A stretch of 64,000 nucleotides of DNA from Somniosus microcephalus (GCA_052327205.1 CM126204.1:57350001-57414000), one strand, 5' to 3'; shown: positions 45,720 through 58,647, numbered from the stretch's first letter. Translations and numbers: made by a program. The notes: generated by a model from the letters alone, not told the origin.

Positions 45720-47290
45720 GAATCATGGAATCATAGAAAAATTAAAACACAGAAGGAGACCATTCGGCCCATTGTGTCTGTGCCAGTCGGAAAAGAGCTA
45801 CCCAGCCTAATCCCACCTTTCAGCACTAGGTCCGTAGCCCTGTATGTAAGGGGGGCATCTTTTTGCTGGTTTATAGTAATTTAGCTGGCCAGCAGCCTTT
45901 GTCTCTGAGCTCTGACCAATTCCAACCTTTTACCTGGTTTACGGTAATTCACCTGGTCAGCAGCCTTTTGCTGCTGCACTCTAAACCAATTTACAAACAG
46001 CGGTTTTGAATCGCTACCCCTCCTTCAGTTCTGAGTGGAGGAACTTATAATTAATGATATTAAAATGGACAAGTGGTTTGGATGAGAGAAAAATCAAGTT
46101 TTATTACCTAAATAAACTACAATCAAAAGAATAAACTATACCACACGAACACAGTAATTACAGTAAAACTATATAACAGGGGGTTGCAGACGGCAAAAAC
46201 GAGGGATAAAATGGCTCCAATGTTACTTAAACAATCTTAGCAATTACCCTCAAATCACCACCCCCTAACTCCTGCTAGGCTGCCTTGTTGAGGAGTCAGA
46301 ACACCCCGCTCACCTGTGGTCCAGCGAAGTAAAGAAGAGAGTGATAGCTTCTCAGCAGCTATCTTATATACCTGGTGAGCTCCTGCTGTTCTGCCCTGCC
46401 AGGGCTGTGTGCAAAATTCCCACCCAATGGGTCCAATACACAAGAGAAAGCTATGATTGGCTAACTCAGAGTGGTTGGACTGGGTTAATGTGTCTTCCGG
46501 AGCTCCCTGGGCTGAAACAAAAGGGAAATACAACTGCTCTATTGTCCAGAATGCTAGGTGATTTAAGCCCATTCAGTTCTTAAACGGTTCCCATTCAAGA
46601 TCCAAAAGTCTCTTCTGCAGTTTAGATGTATCCACTCGATATACAAACAAATGCTAATAGCATTCAATTGCTTTGTAAACAAAGCATTGTCCTTTGTCTT
46701 TGGCCATGTGGTGACAGCCATTTTTATCCCTGGAAATTTAAAAGCACAATGCCCAGGGATTCTTTAATCAAAAAAATTAATCTTCAGAACTGTAAATTAT
46801 CACGAATTCTTACAGTAGGTTACAGCTCTTCAAGTGCACATCCAAGTACTTTTTAATTGTGATGAGGGTTTCTGCCTCTACCACCCTTTCAGGCAATGAG
46901 TTCCAGACCCCCACCACACTCTGGGTGAAAATTGTTTTCCTCATCTCCCCTCTAATCCTTCTACCAATTACTTTAAATCTATGCCCCCTGGGCCTTGACC
47001 ACTCTGCTAAGGGAAATAGGTCCTTCCTATCCACTCTATCTGGGCCGCTCATAATTTTATACACCTCAATTAAATCTCCCCTCAGCCACCTCTGTTCCAA
47101 GAAAAACAATCCCAGCCTATCCAATCTTTCCTCATAGTTAAAGTTTTCCAGTCCTGGCAACATCCTCGCAAATCTCTTCTGCACCTTCTCCAGTGCAATA
47201 TCATCCTTCCTGTAATGTAGTGACCAGAACTGCGCGCAGTACTCAAGCTGTGGCCTAATCAGTGTTGTATACCGTTCTAGCATAACTTCA
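45720..47290 (-). mobile_element. CR1 3' fragment inserted in LINE family B and itself split by a solo LTR
   Basis: GAATCATAGAA tail at 45720-45738; RT C-terminus (RPQLEYCAQFW...WNSLPERVVEA) at 46815-47290. Confidence 0.9.
45845..46814 (-). mobile_element. solo LTR (970 bp) related to the 7684-8904 LTR
   Basis: TGTAAG...CTTACA termini with GTA repeated at the flanks. Shares blocks CGGTTTYGAATCGCT, GACAGCCATTTT and TTTAATCAAA..TAATCTTC with the long LTR. Confidence 0.85.
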
Positions 47291-47323
47291 GCCAGAAGTG
47301 CCGAGTGGATGATCCACATCAGC

Positions 47324-48430
47324 TGATGATTGAGAGTAGACTGATGGGGCTATAATTGGCTGGATTGGATTTGTATTGCTTTTTATGGACAGGACATACC
47401 TGGGCAGTTTTCCACATTGTCGGGTAGGTGCCAGTGTTGTAGCTGTACTGGAACAGCTTGGCTAGAGGCGCGGCTAGTTCTGGAGCACAAATCTTCAGCA
47501 CAACAGCCGGGATGTTGTCGGTGCCCATAGCATTGCGGTATCCAGTGCACTTAGCTATTTCTTGATATCACGTGGAGTGAATCGAATTGGCTGAAGACTG
47601 GCTTCTGTGATGGTGGGGACCTCTGGAGAAGGCTGATGTGGATCATCCACTCGGCACTTCTGGCTGAAGATGGTTGCAAATGCTTCAGCCTTCTCTTTTG
47701 CACTCATGTGCTGGGCTCCGCCATCATTGAGGATGGGGATATTCATGGAGGCTCCACCTCCTGTTAGTTGTTTAATTGTCCACCACCTTTCATGGCTGGA
47801 TGTGGCAGGACTGCAGACCCACATTTGTTGATTGTGGAATTGCTTAGCTCTGTCTATAGCACGCTGCTTTTGTTGTTTAGCAAGCATGTAGTCCTGTGTT
47901 GCAGCATTCCCAGGTTGGCACCTTAATTTAGGTACGCCTGGTGCTGCTCCTGGCATGCTCTTCAGCACTCCTCATTGAATCAGGGTTGGTCCCCTGGCTT
48001 GATGGTAATGAGTGAGGGATATGCCAGGCCATGAGTTTACAGATTGTGGTGGAATACAATTCTTCTGCTGCTGATGGCCCATAGCGCCTCATGAATGCCC
48101 AGTTTTAAGCTGCTCGATCGTTTCTGAATCTATCCCACTTAGTACGGTGGTGGTGTCACACAACACAATGGAGGGTATCCTCAGTGTGAAGACGAGGCTT
48201 TGTCTCCACAATGACTGTGCGGTGGTCACGGCTACCAATGCTGTCATGGACAGATGCATCTGTGACAGGTAGATTGGTGAGGATGAGGTCAATTAGGTTT
48301 TTCCCTCGTGTTGGTTCTCTCACCGCCTGTTGAAGACCCAGTCTGGTACCTATGTCTTTCAGGACTCGGCCAGCTTGGTCAGTAGTGGTGCTCTTGGTGA
48401 TGGACATTGAAGTTCCCCACCCAGAGTACA
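47324..48430 (-). mobile_element. LINE family B, endonuclease-to-RT portion
   Basis: GDFNVHH, LIDLILTN, GSRDHRTV, MGTDNIPAVVLK, NPANYSPISLL; joins 45719 when the CR1 is removed. Confidence 0.9.
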
Positions 48431-48597
48431 TTAGGAGGATATTCCAGTTGATGGAGCCTGAACACTTGGGGGAGGAGTGGGAACATTCTCCTGTCACTTG
48501 CTCAAAGACACATACTGACAGAACTGGCAGCAACTGAAGCACTACCCACCTTTTCCTATGTATTTATGCGGCTGCTGTAAGTATTGTCCAGGTGCCA

Positions 48598-49311
48598 GCC
48601 ATTGATCTGCTGGGCGGGCTCAACAAGGTCAATCAAGGGAAAACCGCACGGATTGGCCGGACGACGATGTAGGCGGGTCTAAAACCCGAAAGTTGTAGTC
48701 CCACCTTCTTCCCGACAGCTTTGGGAAAATCGACCCCTCTGTCTTCTAAGTTGTGTCTTTACTCAAGACTCAATTAGAAAGCCTTCCTGACCAGAAAGCA
48801 GAAGGCTGCAGCTTTTGATAGTTCAGCGGCCATTCTGCTTTCTGTGCCGGTGAGCTGAGGGACTCCCGAGACCTGAAGGGAGGAAGCCTGCAGGAAGAAA
48901 TAAAGGTAAGTAAAACTTATTAAAACACTTTACACACACCTCACACACTTACCTCTGCACACATGCACCCATGACTCACCTGCACACCGGACATCTCGGC
49001 CCCTCCGACCCCCGCAGACTGACGGCCCGCCTCACTGACCCTGGCGTGGTTCGGAGCTGTCGGGAAGCCCACTCTTCAGGGCTCAAAATAGGGATTAGCT
49101 AAAAAAACTGCCTGTTAACTACCTATTAACAGGCAGTTAATTAGCATTAATCCCCTTCCCGCCTCGAGGAGGCGGAACCTGGTGCAGGTCAGCTACCCGC
49201 CTCCTGGCAAGATGGCATGGAGGCGGGTTGGGCACCCGCCCCCAAATTCTGCCATTTTTCTGGCAGTCCCACCTCCAAACCCGCCTCCCTAGGTCTGGCA
49301 AAATCCAGCCC
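48598..49311. mobile_element. rearranged relative of the 20780-22323 MITE (left arm inverted)
   Basis: 48598-48737 resembles the reverse complement of 20780-20920; 48740-49311 is collinear with 21740-22323 and ends AAAATCCAGCCC. Confidence 0.8.
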
Positions 49312-49907
49312 AATGAATCAGCACACAGAAGGAAGTTACTATGTGAACGAGCTTAGTCCCCTTCCCCTCCCCTTTCATCATACCCTTTTAAAATGTTCTT
49401 TTTAAAATATTTATCTATTTCGCTTTTAAAAGCCTCTAATTTGAATCCCAATTGAACTAATGGTTTTTGCTTATAAATGTCCTATATGAAATAAGTTTGG
49501 GTAGTCTGAGCAGTTTCTAGTGTATGTAGACCCACAGCATGAAACCATCTCTAATTTGGTACTAAATTGCCAATCTCACTCGTAGAGCCTATTGGACGTG
49601 TGGGAAATTTTAAAAAATCTCACTGGTACATTAGAGGGTCCTCTTTTGAGGTTGGGTCTGAAGAATATTGTTGGTGGTGAAAAGATGAAAAATTATGTAA
49701 TTAAAAAGTAGAAATCATGTAAATAGATCAACTTATTCAATGACCACGAGCAAATTGATCTTTACCACTCAGTTTTTATATTGAATGATGACAAAAATAG
49801 CAGAATACTCCCTCAACATGCCAGAGATTTTGGGAAGGCAAAATGTAACCACCTAATGAAGAAGTGTATGACATAGTGAGAATTCATTACTGCAGCCAGA
49901 AGGCATG

Positions 49908-50297
49908 TGGGCAGCACGGTAGCATAGTGGTTAGCACTGTTGCCTCACAGCGCCAGGGACCCGGGTTCAAATCCGGCCTCGGGTGACTGTGTGGAGTTTG
50001 CACATTCTCCCCGTGTTTGTGTGGGTTTCCTCCGGGTGCTCCGGTTTCCTCCCACAGTCCAAAGGTGTGCGGGTTAGGTTGATTGGCCATGACAAAAAAA
50101 AATTGGCCCTTAGTGTTAGGGGGGGATTAAATACGTGGGGTTATGGGGTTACGGGGATAGGGCTTGTGTGGGATGGCTGTCGGTGTAGGGACCGGGTGTT
50201 AGGGTTTGGATGATCAGCCATGATCTCGTTGAATGGCGGAGCAGGCTCGAAGGGCCGAGTGGCCTACTCCTGCTCCTATCTTCTATGTTTCTATGTT
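49908..50297 (+). mobile_element. V-SINE (HE1-like shark SINE) with CR1-derived tail
   Basis: tRNA-like head (A-box-like AGTGGTTAGC, B-box GGGTTCAAATCC); V-domain TGTGTGGAGTTTGCACATTCTCCCCGTG...GGGTTTCCTCCGGGTGCTCCGGTTTCCTCCCACAGTCCAAAG; CR1 3' tail with TTCTATGT repeats. Confidence 0.9.
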
Positions 50298-51253
50298 CCC
50301 ACTCCAACTGTACATTATGATGTTTGAACATAAATCACACTGAGCATTAATAATAATTCTGCCAACAAAATGGATGCTAAAGTCAGCCAAAACTACTTCA
50401 ATTATATTATATAAGGGTCGAAAGGGAGAAGATCACCTACGATCGTGGCTTGATGGCCACTATAATAACCTAAGTGGAAATAGCAGGCATTAAATAATGC
50501 ATTCTCAACCACAAAGCGGAAGGTGTTGACCAGATGTTGACAGAAGAGAAACCTACTTCCAGGTATCCACCTGAATCAGGTATGTACATTTATTTTCAGT
50601 GAACAGACAAACACATTATGAAATTGTCAACAAGACTAGCTGAACATGTAAGGGTGACCATGTAAATATATTCAGTAATACAGCACATATCTATTTGATG
50701 TTATTCCTCATTAAATAGTTGCAAAATAAACCACTGCCTAGTAATGTTTTCTATTCTTTTGTCCCATCATGAAACATTACAATGCATCATTTTACATTGA
50801 AGGATGCAAATAGTAATCTTCACAGGTGATACACAGAGGTCACAATCATTTGCTCATACATCTAGCTTTTATGGACTGGTTGGGCCGAATGGCTTGTTCT
50901 GTGCTGTATATTCTATGTACATCCACACAAATATATTATCTACCACCAAGAACTTTTTGGGTGAACCAACCAAACCATCATCCTCATGTCAGGTAAGGAC
51001 AAGGGACCCAAAGATAAAAGTATAAAGCTACCAGGGTAACTCTTATTCCCATGCTACCCAAAAAAGGAAACAGTCATCTATGGAAGCTTCTGCAAAACAT
51101 AAAGGGACAACATGCGCATTAGTCCGTAAGTCAAAAGTGCCTTAACATCTCCAAAATATTAGTGCTTCAACGCTTAATTATTGGTGTAATTGCTTCTTAT
51201 TCTGTATTATAAAATCTATATTCAACAGTGCCTCCAAGCATTAATACTGACTA

Positions 51254-51385
51254 CATAGGTACAATGGAACAGGAGTAGGCCATTCAGCCCCTCGAGCCTG
51301 TTCCGCCATTCAATGAGATCATGGCTGATCTGTGACCTAACTCCATATACCCACCTTTGGCCCATATCCCTTAATACCTTAATAC
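51254..51385 (-). mobile_element. CR1 3' tail fragment
   Basis: AGGAGTAGGCCATTCAGCCCCTCGAGCCTG...ATCATGGCTGATCTG. Confidence 0.85.
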
Positions 51386-51703
51386 TACGAAATACAAACC
51401 ACTGGTATTTCTGCACAAAGTTGCTTTATCAGCCAAACTTTGCTGCTGGCAGTAAGTCTACTCAAATCTATTCAAACCTGAGTTTGTTGCTGATTATCTA
51501 TCAAAGTGGCACCAGTTTCCTGAAAAAGTTCTTGACAAACTTTTCTTTCATTTTATTTACAAATACATGATGTGGTGATGTGAATCATGCTGAAACACAT
51601 CTTCATGCTGCTTGTGTGTAATATCAATATGAGGAAAATGGCACTTAGCTCTTGTGGCTCTTCTCTCTCTCCAGATAAAAAAAAGTATTTTTAACACATT
51701 AAT

Positions 51704-52583
51704 GGGGGGAAAATTTGATTGGTTTGCGTCTCCCTTAGCGCCTTAAGTGGGCGCTAATGGGGCACAAAGCAATTAATGCCCAGGTGCGGCGATGTTTGCG
51801 CCGCTCGCGAAATTGACCAGACATTTTGCAGTGGCACTAAACACTACCACCACGATCTCCTGCGCCCACAGATCGTGACATCAGTCGAGCGTGCAACGCC
51901 CCAGTAGCGCCCCGGACCGGATATTGAGTGGCGCCCTCTGTCTTATCGCCTGCCGCTAGCAACGACAGGTTGAGGGGAGTGTTTTGCAGTTGGGAACGGA
52001 CTGGGGAGCGTTATTTAAAGGTGACCAGTTCCTGCCTTTTTTTTTGGAGACATTTTTGCACCACGCATTCTGAGTGAGAGAGAGACTTCTGGAGATTGTC
52101 AATGCTTTGTTGAGGAGTTTTGAGCAGTACGTTGCAGGTTCATTTTGATTTGATCTTCCTTGCATCAATTTAGGAGAGACTATGGGGGCTGCACTCTGAT
52201 ATCTTTCCCTGGGCCTCTCCATTGTTCTTTCCAGCAGATTTGATGTACAGGTTTCTCCAGGCTGAGATTCAAGGCTGCAATAAGCAGGGTGTGGATGGAG
52301 AGCAGGATCGACCCTCCCCTTTAAGAACTGGCCGGCGCCAGTGTGTTTGTGTTCCATTGCTGACTGACATCACATGAGCTTCACCAGTGCTCTGAGGTAG
52401 CGCCTTGCTCCTCAGCGTTAGCACCTTAAGAGAGGTGTGTAGCGCCTGATTTAGCGCTCCAATCCCCTCCAGGGGCGATAGAAGCCAAGTTTGCAGTCAG
52501 AGGCGATAATTAGCGCCAGACGCTAAACTTTGCATCCGGCCGATAACTGCGCCCCAAACGGGGCGATACCAAATTTCTCCCCC
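51704..52583. mobile_element. Harbinger-type MITE or deletion derivative
   Basis: Termini GGGGGGAAAATTT...AAATTTCTCCCCC; flanks AAT/ATT; subterminal AGCGCC/GGCGCT motifs. Confidence 0.8.
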
Positions 52584-53237
52584 ATTGTGTGAAGATGCAG
52601 TCCCTTTAACCGTTTACTGCTGCCACGGATAGTTTATTTGGCTGCAGGAATCTTCTACTGCCATCTGGTGCTCAATTAAAGATTTATTCTCGATATGAGG
52701 AATATGAGGGAAGAAGAAACTTTAAGCTGAATATTATTGTAGGAGGAAGTCCCGTCAAAAAAAACCTTCTCCATTATTGTCTTTGCAATTTTGATTTTTA
52801 ATTGTCTCAGAATTAGGAAGGAGTATTCAAGTTTATTTAACTTTTAGTTTCTGAAGGTTAATAATCAGAAACTCTGTCAGGGCTAGAAATTCATTATAGC
52901 CAAAGAATGGACGGTGCCAGTAGAAAACTTGGAGAATCAGCATCAGGCGCTAATGCTTTAGACTGCACACAAAATTTGTCCTTATTGCTCAAAAAAATGA
53001 TTGGAGTCCTAATTCAAGTCTTAAAGTCCAAGCTCATTAACATTACACTCAAAGGGTGAACCATAATCAGGTGCAGTCTACTCGCAAGTCATGATCGCCA
53101 CAGGCTTTTTGCAGTACTTAAAGGGGTGGTTCATTGATGCTGCAGCACCTCATTCTCAGCATTGCTGGCTGTGCAGCTGCCTCAGCAAACAGAAGCGGGA
53201 CAAGGAGAAGGAGCTGGAGGACTAACCAGGTGTACTC

Positions 53238-55097
53238 ATGGCAGATCCGCGCCCCAGGGAGAGAGCCTGCAGATTCTGCGATGAAGCATTGGAGGAATTG
53301 GTTTTCGCTGTGGAGAGACGGACAGTGCTCTACCCGGCAAGTGGCAGGAGGCCCTTGCCACAAGTCTTCCGCACCATGTGGAAGGAGGTAGCACAGCATG
53401 TCTTGGGCAGCACTGTGGTCCCCAGGACCCACACGCAGTGCAGGAAGAAATTTAACGACCTCACTTGGGTGATCAGGGTGAGTGAATGCTTCAACAAATG
53501 CTACATACCACCATCTGAGCCACAATCTTCATGCACTGCCCAAAGCACCACACACCCAGCACTTACCCACCAACAATCTCTACCTACCAACACTCACACC
53601 CACATCCCACACCTTGCACACAATGACAGCTATTCAACTGTGGCAGGCACATCACCCAAACACATTGCTCCACACTCACTCACACACTTTCCTTTCTCTT
53701 GCAGGCCAAGTGGCTCACAACAGGACTGAGCAGGAGTGCACAGGCGGGGGACAAGCCTACACCCAACCACTTCTGATAATTGAGTGCTGCAAATTATTGG
53801 GCACCAGGTGGTGGGTGCAGTGGTCACCAGCGATGTTGACCCTCTTGGGGACAACAACGGTATGTTCATCCCTACTCCTTCTTCTCACATCCCATTTCCC
53901 CTCACATCACAAGCGTTTTGCACTTTCCAGCTAATCACGCTGTCTCCATACATTTCTTCCTGCCCCCCTCCCCTCACCTTAACCCGATTCTGGTGCCTTT
54001 ATACTTTCAGATAGTCAGCAAGCACCTGAGCAGCCTGTCCCTGAGGGCACCATAGAGAGCGAGGCGGGAAAAGAGGAGGAGGAAGAACACATCACGTCAC
54101 TGCATGTCTCACCCGCAGACACCAGCTCAGATACTGGCACTACGCGTTCTTTAGAGGCTAGTAGTGGGATCAGCACAGGGTGAGGCACTAGGGCCGAGTG
54201 GGCTTCAGCAAGGCCAGGGGAAAGGGTAGCTCGGGAGCCAGCTCCCCGGAGGGCGAGTTCACGCGCGAGTTCTGCTGCACGGGACTCAGATGAGGACCTC
54301 GATGGGGAGGCATTTAGAAGAAGGGTGATGGGCATGCACACAGAGATGATAGGTGCAATGGCAAGGGTGCCCAAGAGCCTCTCAGCAATGGTAAGGAGCA
54401 TGGAGGAGTCCGCCTCCAACATTGCACAGAGCTCTCTGCACACCATGGAGCCCATCATTTCCAGTCTGCAAAGGATGGTGGACTCCCAGAGAGACCGTGG
54501 CGACCCAGACCTGATGCCACATGTAATGGGTGATCTGCAGCTTCCATTGCAGCACAGGTGGAAGCGACGCAAAGTCTTAGTGCTGTAATGCAGTCTCTGC
54601 TTGATGCTACGAATGCTCTGACTGCTGCCATCATGGCTGGGTCTACCACCATCAACCGGGGCTTTCATGGATTCGCAGCAGGCCAGCAATCTGTGCTCCA
54701 ACAGATTGCTAGGGATGCTGAGGTGCTACCCCGGGGGAGTGGCAGTGTGTCAGTGGAGCAGGAACCTGCTGTCCTCTCTCAGGGTGACAGCATTCCTGCT
54801 CCCACCACTGGCACTCCGCCATTGCCCTTGTCGCTGCCTGTCATCCAGCCAGCCCAGACTGCTGCCGCCCATGCTGAGATGGTGCCGTCTACAGCCGGGC
54901 CTTCCAGGTCCGGAGCTGGTCGAGGGCATCCTGCAAGGCCATCTGAAGTCTCCCGCACGGACACTCAGCAGCCTTTCACCAGCCCTGCTGCAGCCACTGG
55001 GCCAACACTTCGTAGGAGCACCGGAGTAGGCAAAGGCACAGTAATGAGGGGCACTAAGGGATTGCACAAGGGTGAATCAGTAATATTTTTGGTGTAA
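53238..55097 (+). pseudogene. Harbinger B Myb/SANT-like DNA-binding gene, three exons (53238-53477, 53705-53859, 54011-55097)
   Basis: RFCDEALEELV...WKEVAQHV...RTHTQCRKKFNDL; GT-AG introns with pyrimidine tracts; exon 2 reads AHNRTEQECTGGG; stops and frameshifts in exons 2-3. Confidence 0.88.
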
Positions 55098-55245
55098 ATA
55101 TGTGTTCACTGATCTTTAATAAATTTATTAATTCAGTTTGGATTCTTTTTGTCGTCTGCCTCATTTTAGCTGTGCGCTGTGATATGGCCTGCGACAGGAA
55201 TGGAATGATGGGGATGTGGTGAGCAACGGGGATCTGGGGTTTAAT

Positions 55246-56423
55246 TCATTGGAATGGCAGTCTGATGAGGTGGTCATGGACCGCCCTTCCGGAAGGCCAA
55301 TTGAATGGCTGCTTCCCCCCTCGCTCCTGTTCCTCCTCCTCCTCCTCGTCTTCCTCTTCCTCCTCCTCCTCCTCCTCCTCTCCCTCCTCCTCCTCCTCCT
55401 CTCCCTCTTCCTCCTCCTGAGGTGGTCCCGCAATCCCTGGTGGCAAGGGCTGGGCCCTCATGATGGCCAAGTTGTGGAACATGCAGCAGACCACCACGAA
55501 ATGGGACACCCGCTCAGCTGAATACTGGAGGGTTCCTCCCGAGCAGTCAAGGCAGCGGAACTGTTGATGATGTTCCTGGTGGCAGCATTGCTCTCGTTAT
55601 GAGTGCAGGGCAGGAGTGTTGGGGTTGTGGACGGGAGTCATGAGCCAGGTGGAGAGCGGATAGTCCTTTTCTCTGGCCAGCCAGCCACGAGCTTGATGTG
55701 GTGGCTGGTAGAGTGCTGGCACACTGGTCTGGCACAGGATGAAGGCATCATGGCTGCTGCCAGGATAGCGGGCATTGACATTGAGGATTCGCTGTCTGTG
55801 GTCGCACACCAACTGCACAGTAATTGAATGGTAGCCTTTGCGGTTACAGAAGATCTCAAAATTGTTATGCCGTGCCCACAAAGCCACGTGGGTGCAGTCA
55901 ATGGCGCCCTGCACCACAGGGAATCCTGTTATCCTGGTAAAGCCACATGCATGCTCGTCCTGCTTCTCTCTGGTGATGGGGAAGGAAATGTAGTCCCTTC
56001 GCCCACTGTAGCAAGCCTCTGTGACCTCCTGGATGCAGCGATGGATGGCGAACTGCGAGATCTTAGCTATGTCTCCTGTTGCAGACTGGAAGGATCCACT
56101 GGTGAAGAAATTGAGGGCAACAGTGACTTTGGCTGACACTGAGAGAGCCATGGTCACCCTGATCTGAGGCTGGAGGTCTGGTTGCAGGAGATGGCAGAGT
56201 TCTGTGATCACCTCTTTGGTGAAGCGGAGCCTTCTAATACACTGCTCCTCACTTGGAGGTAGGAGAAGAGCTCTTGGAATACCCTTGGAGGGTAAGGCCT
56301 CCTGTTGAGAGCCCTGATGGCCCTCCTCCTCACTCTGGGCACATGTTTCAGTCTTTTTCGCTGCCTCTGCTCCCTTCGCCGTAGATCCTGGAGAGCGAGA
56401 TTGACTTCCAGTACAGTCCCCAT
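55246..56423 (-). pseudogene. HARBI1-like transposase of Harbinger B
   Basis: GFPVVQGAIDCTHV, NRKGYHSITVQLVCD, YPGSSHDAFIL, CCMFHNL and a poly-Glu tail. Probable ATG at 56423; frameshifted. Confidence 0.93.
55328..55398. repeat. (TCC)n low-complexity tract encoding the transposase poly-Glu
   Basis: Directly visible. Confidence 0.9.
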
Positions 56424-56934
56424 TAATGTTAGCAAGTGTAGCAGTTTGATTCTTTGAAGAATAAATGTAGCTACTTTTTAGTTGCCACAACACTCTGATA
56501 CAGAAGAACCTTGAAATTACTGAATGAAACTGTTGGAGTATGTGAAACTGACAAGAAACCACTGAAATTGCACTAACCTGACAGCTGCAAGTTATTACTG
56601 TTGATCCATTTAAATAACATCCCTGGAGCTGGCTTCCTGGTGCTTCACGCCAGCTCTCCCTGTTGATGTTTACTCCAGGTGCTAAGATGGTGGCGACAAT
56701 CAATTTAGCAGATCGGGTGGTCAGTGAGCATTGCACACTCACTGATGTCACGATCTACCTGGCGTTGATGTTCCTGGCGATAACTCTTACCGGTGGTGCT
56801 ACGGGTGGGGGGGGTGGGGTGGGGTTTGGCTTACAGTGCTGGATTCGCCTTGCCCCAGTGATACTGCTCTAGCGCCCCATTAGCGCCATCTGCTTACACT
56901 AACGGGATGTGCTAAGGGGACAAATATTTCCCCC

Positions 56935-57075
56935 ACAGAGCTTTGGATGAGCATAAATTCATGGAGAGTGCATGGTGGGAGACTGTCCAGGAGAGCATTG
57001 GAATAGTCAAGTATGGATGAGGGTTTCAGCAGCAGGTGAGCTGAAGCAGGGTCATAGACAGGCGATGTTACTCGC
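56935..57075 (-). mobile_element. old L2-type LINE fragment
   Basis: SILDYSNALLDSLP...LIQSS resembles the L2 RT C-terminal motif SRLDYCNSLL.GLP...IQN. Confidence 0.55.
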
Positions 57076-57209
57076 CTCAAAATCTCCAGTAGTATGAGGA
57101 ATTACAGATGCATACCACAAAGAGATCAGATTCATATTTTCTCCATGAAACAACAGGGACCCTGGCACATTCCTTTTGCCCCCCTCACTCTCCAGATACC
57201 TCCTACTAA

Positions 57210-57272
57210 TCAGCCGTGGCTCAGTTCCATTGGTAGCACTCTCGCCTCTGAGTCAAAAGGTTTTGGGTTCAC
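57210..57272 (+). mobile_element. truncated tRNA-derived SINE head
   Basis: GCCGTGGCTCAGT...GGTAGCACTCTCGCCTCTGAGTCA...GGGTTC. Confidence 0.6.
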
Positions 57273-58004
57273 TAAGGAATTACATAAGTGAGAAGGAAGC
57301 CAATAGAGGCGATATTTACCCAAAACAAGCATGAAGTGGGTGGGGCGTCCGCAACACCTACCCAAAGCCACGGTTCAGACGCTCGAAAATGTTTAGGTTC
57401 TGGCCTCATTTGAATTGACTGCATTAGCTGCAGGCGCCAAACAGGTACTCCGCTGCAGTTTGCCGGTTTCAGAAGGCCAAAAATCGGCCAGAGTTTGATC
57501 TGAGTTTTTGATCTCAACTATGCTGTTGAACAGAGACCAGGCACTTCCTCACAGGGAAGCAAGAAGCAAGAACTGTGCATATCATACTGGGCTACTCTCA
57601 TCACATCAGTTGTTGTTTATAGTGGAGTGTGGATAGAGCTCTGGAAGTAAATGTCAAGCTCAATTCATTAATACATGTTTGAAACATGGACTTTGCAAAT
57701 CCCACTTGATGGTGTTATTTCAAGTGAGAGATTTTCTTGAAAAGTCTGAATGCTTTTTGCATGAAATGCTTCTTTATTCCACATTCATTATTTGTAGCTT
57801 CCCCAATGGCTCAGCAAGATTATTCTGAGTAGTTGAGTTTATGGAACAAGGTCCCAGATCAGATACCCAGCTTCTGTAGAGTTGGCAGATCTTAGAGCTG
57901 CCAAAATTGGTCTCAATGCCCAAAGACTGGGCAGTAGAAAACCAGCCAGCATTTGGATGTCAATAAAGACAGGATCAGGCTTGCCTGAGATCGCCTCGCC
58001 CATG

Positions 58005-58465
58005 GTTACATAGGAACAAAGGAGCAGGAGTGGGCCATTCAGCCCCTTGAGCCTATTCAGCTATTCAGTGAGATCATGGCCTATCTGTACCTCAGCTTCA
58101 TTTACCTGCCTTTGCTCCATATTCCTTGATACCCTTACCGAACAAAAATCTATCGGTCTCAGTCTTGAAAACGTCAATTGAACCAGCATCCTAGACTTAG
58201 GGGAGAGTTTTCCAGAATTCAAGTACCCACTTTTGTGGGAAAAGTGCTTCCTGATTTCACTCCTGAAGGGCCTAGCTCTAATTTTAAGATTTTGTCCCCC
58301 TTGTTCTGGATTCCCCCACAAGAGGAAGCAGTTTCTCTTTATCTATCCAATTGAATCCCATTATCATTTTGAACAACTCGACCAGATTACTGTACCCCTA
58401 AACCTTCTAAATTCAAGGGAATACAGCCAAGTTTATGCAACCTGTTCTCATAATTTAACCCTTTC
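58005..58465 (-). mobile_element. CR1 3' fragment
   Basis: LKIRARPFRSEIRKHF plus the standard tail. Confidence 0.85.
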
Positions 58466-58647
58466 CTTCCCGGTACCTAAATGCCATTTGCATTGCCTGC
58501 TGACACTCACCATCAAGGTTCACGTATGAAGAATGAGCATTTGGGTGAGGTACTCGGGTGTCCATGTTACTATGGAAACAATGCCTTCAGGAGAGGAAAG
58601 TACAGGATAAAACAATCAGAGAAAAACCAATATGCATATTATTTCTT

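Larger units (their letters stand above)
52880..56934. mobile_element. PIF/Harbinger transposon B, complete two-gene structure, degenerate
   Basis: Left end GGGCTAGAAATTC, right end AATATTTCCCCC, flanks TCA/ACA; convergent Myb/SANT (+) and transposase (-) genes. Confidence 0.88.

Noticed and set aside
49908-49985. tRNA gene
   Set aside because: It is the tRNA-derived head of a V-SINE, followed by the V-domain and a CR1 tail; no complete cloverleaf or Pol III terminator.
55161-55521. Poly-Arg (protamine-like) and poly-Leu ORFs
   Set aside because: Alternative frames of the (GAG)n tract encoding the transposase acidic tail.
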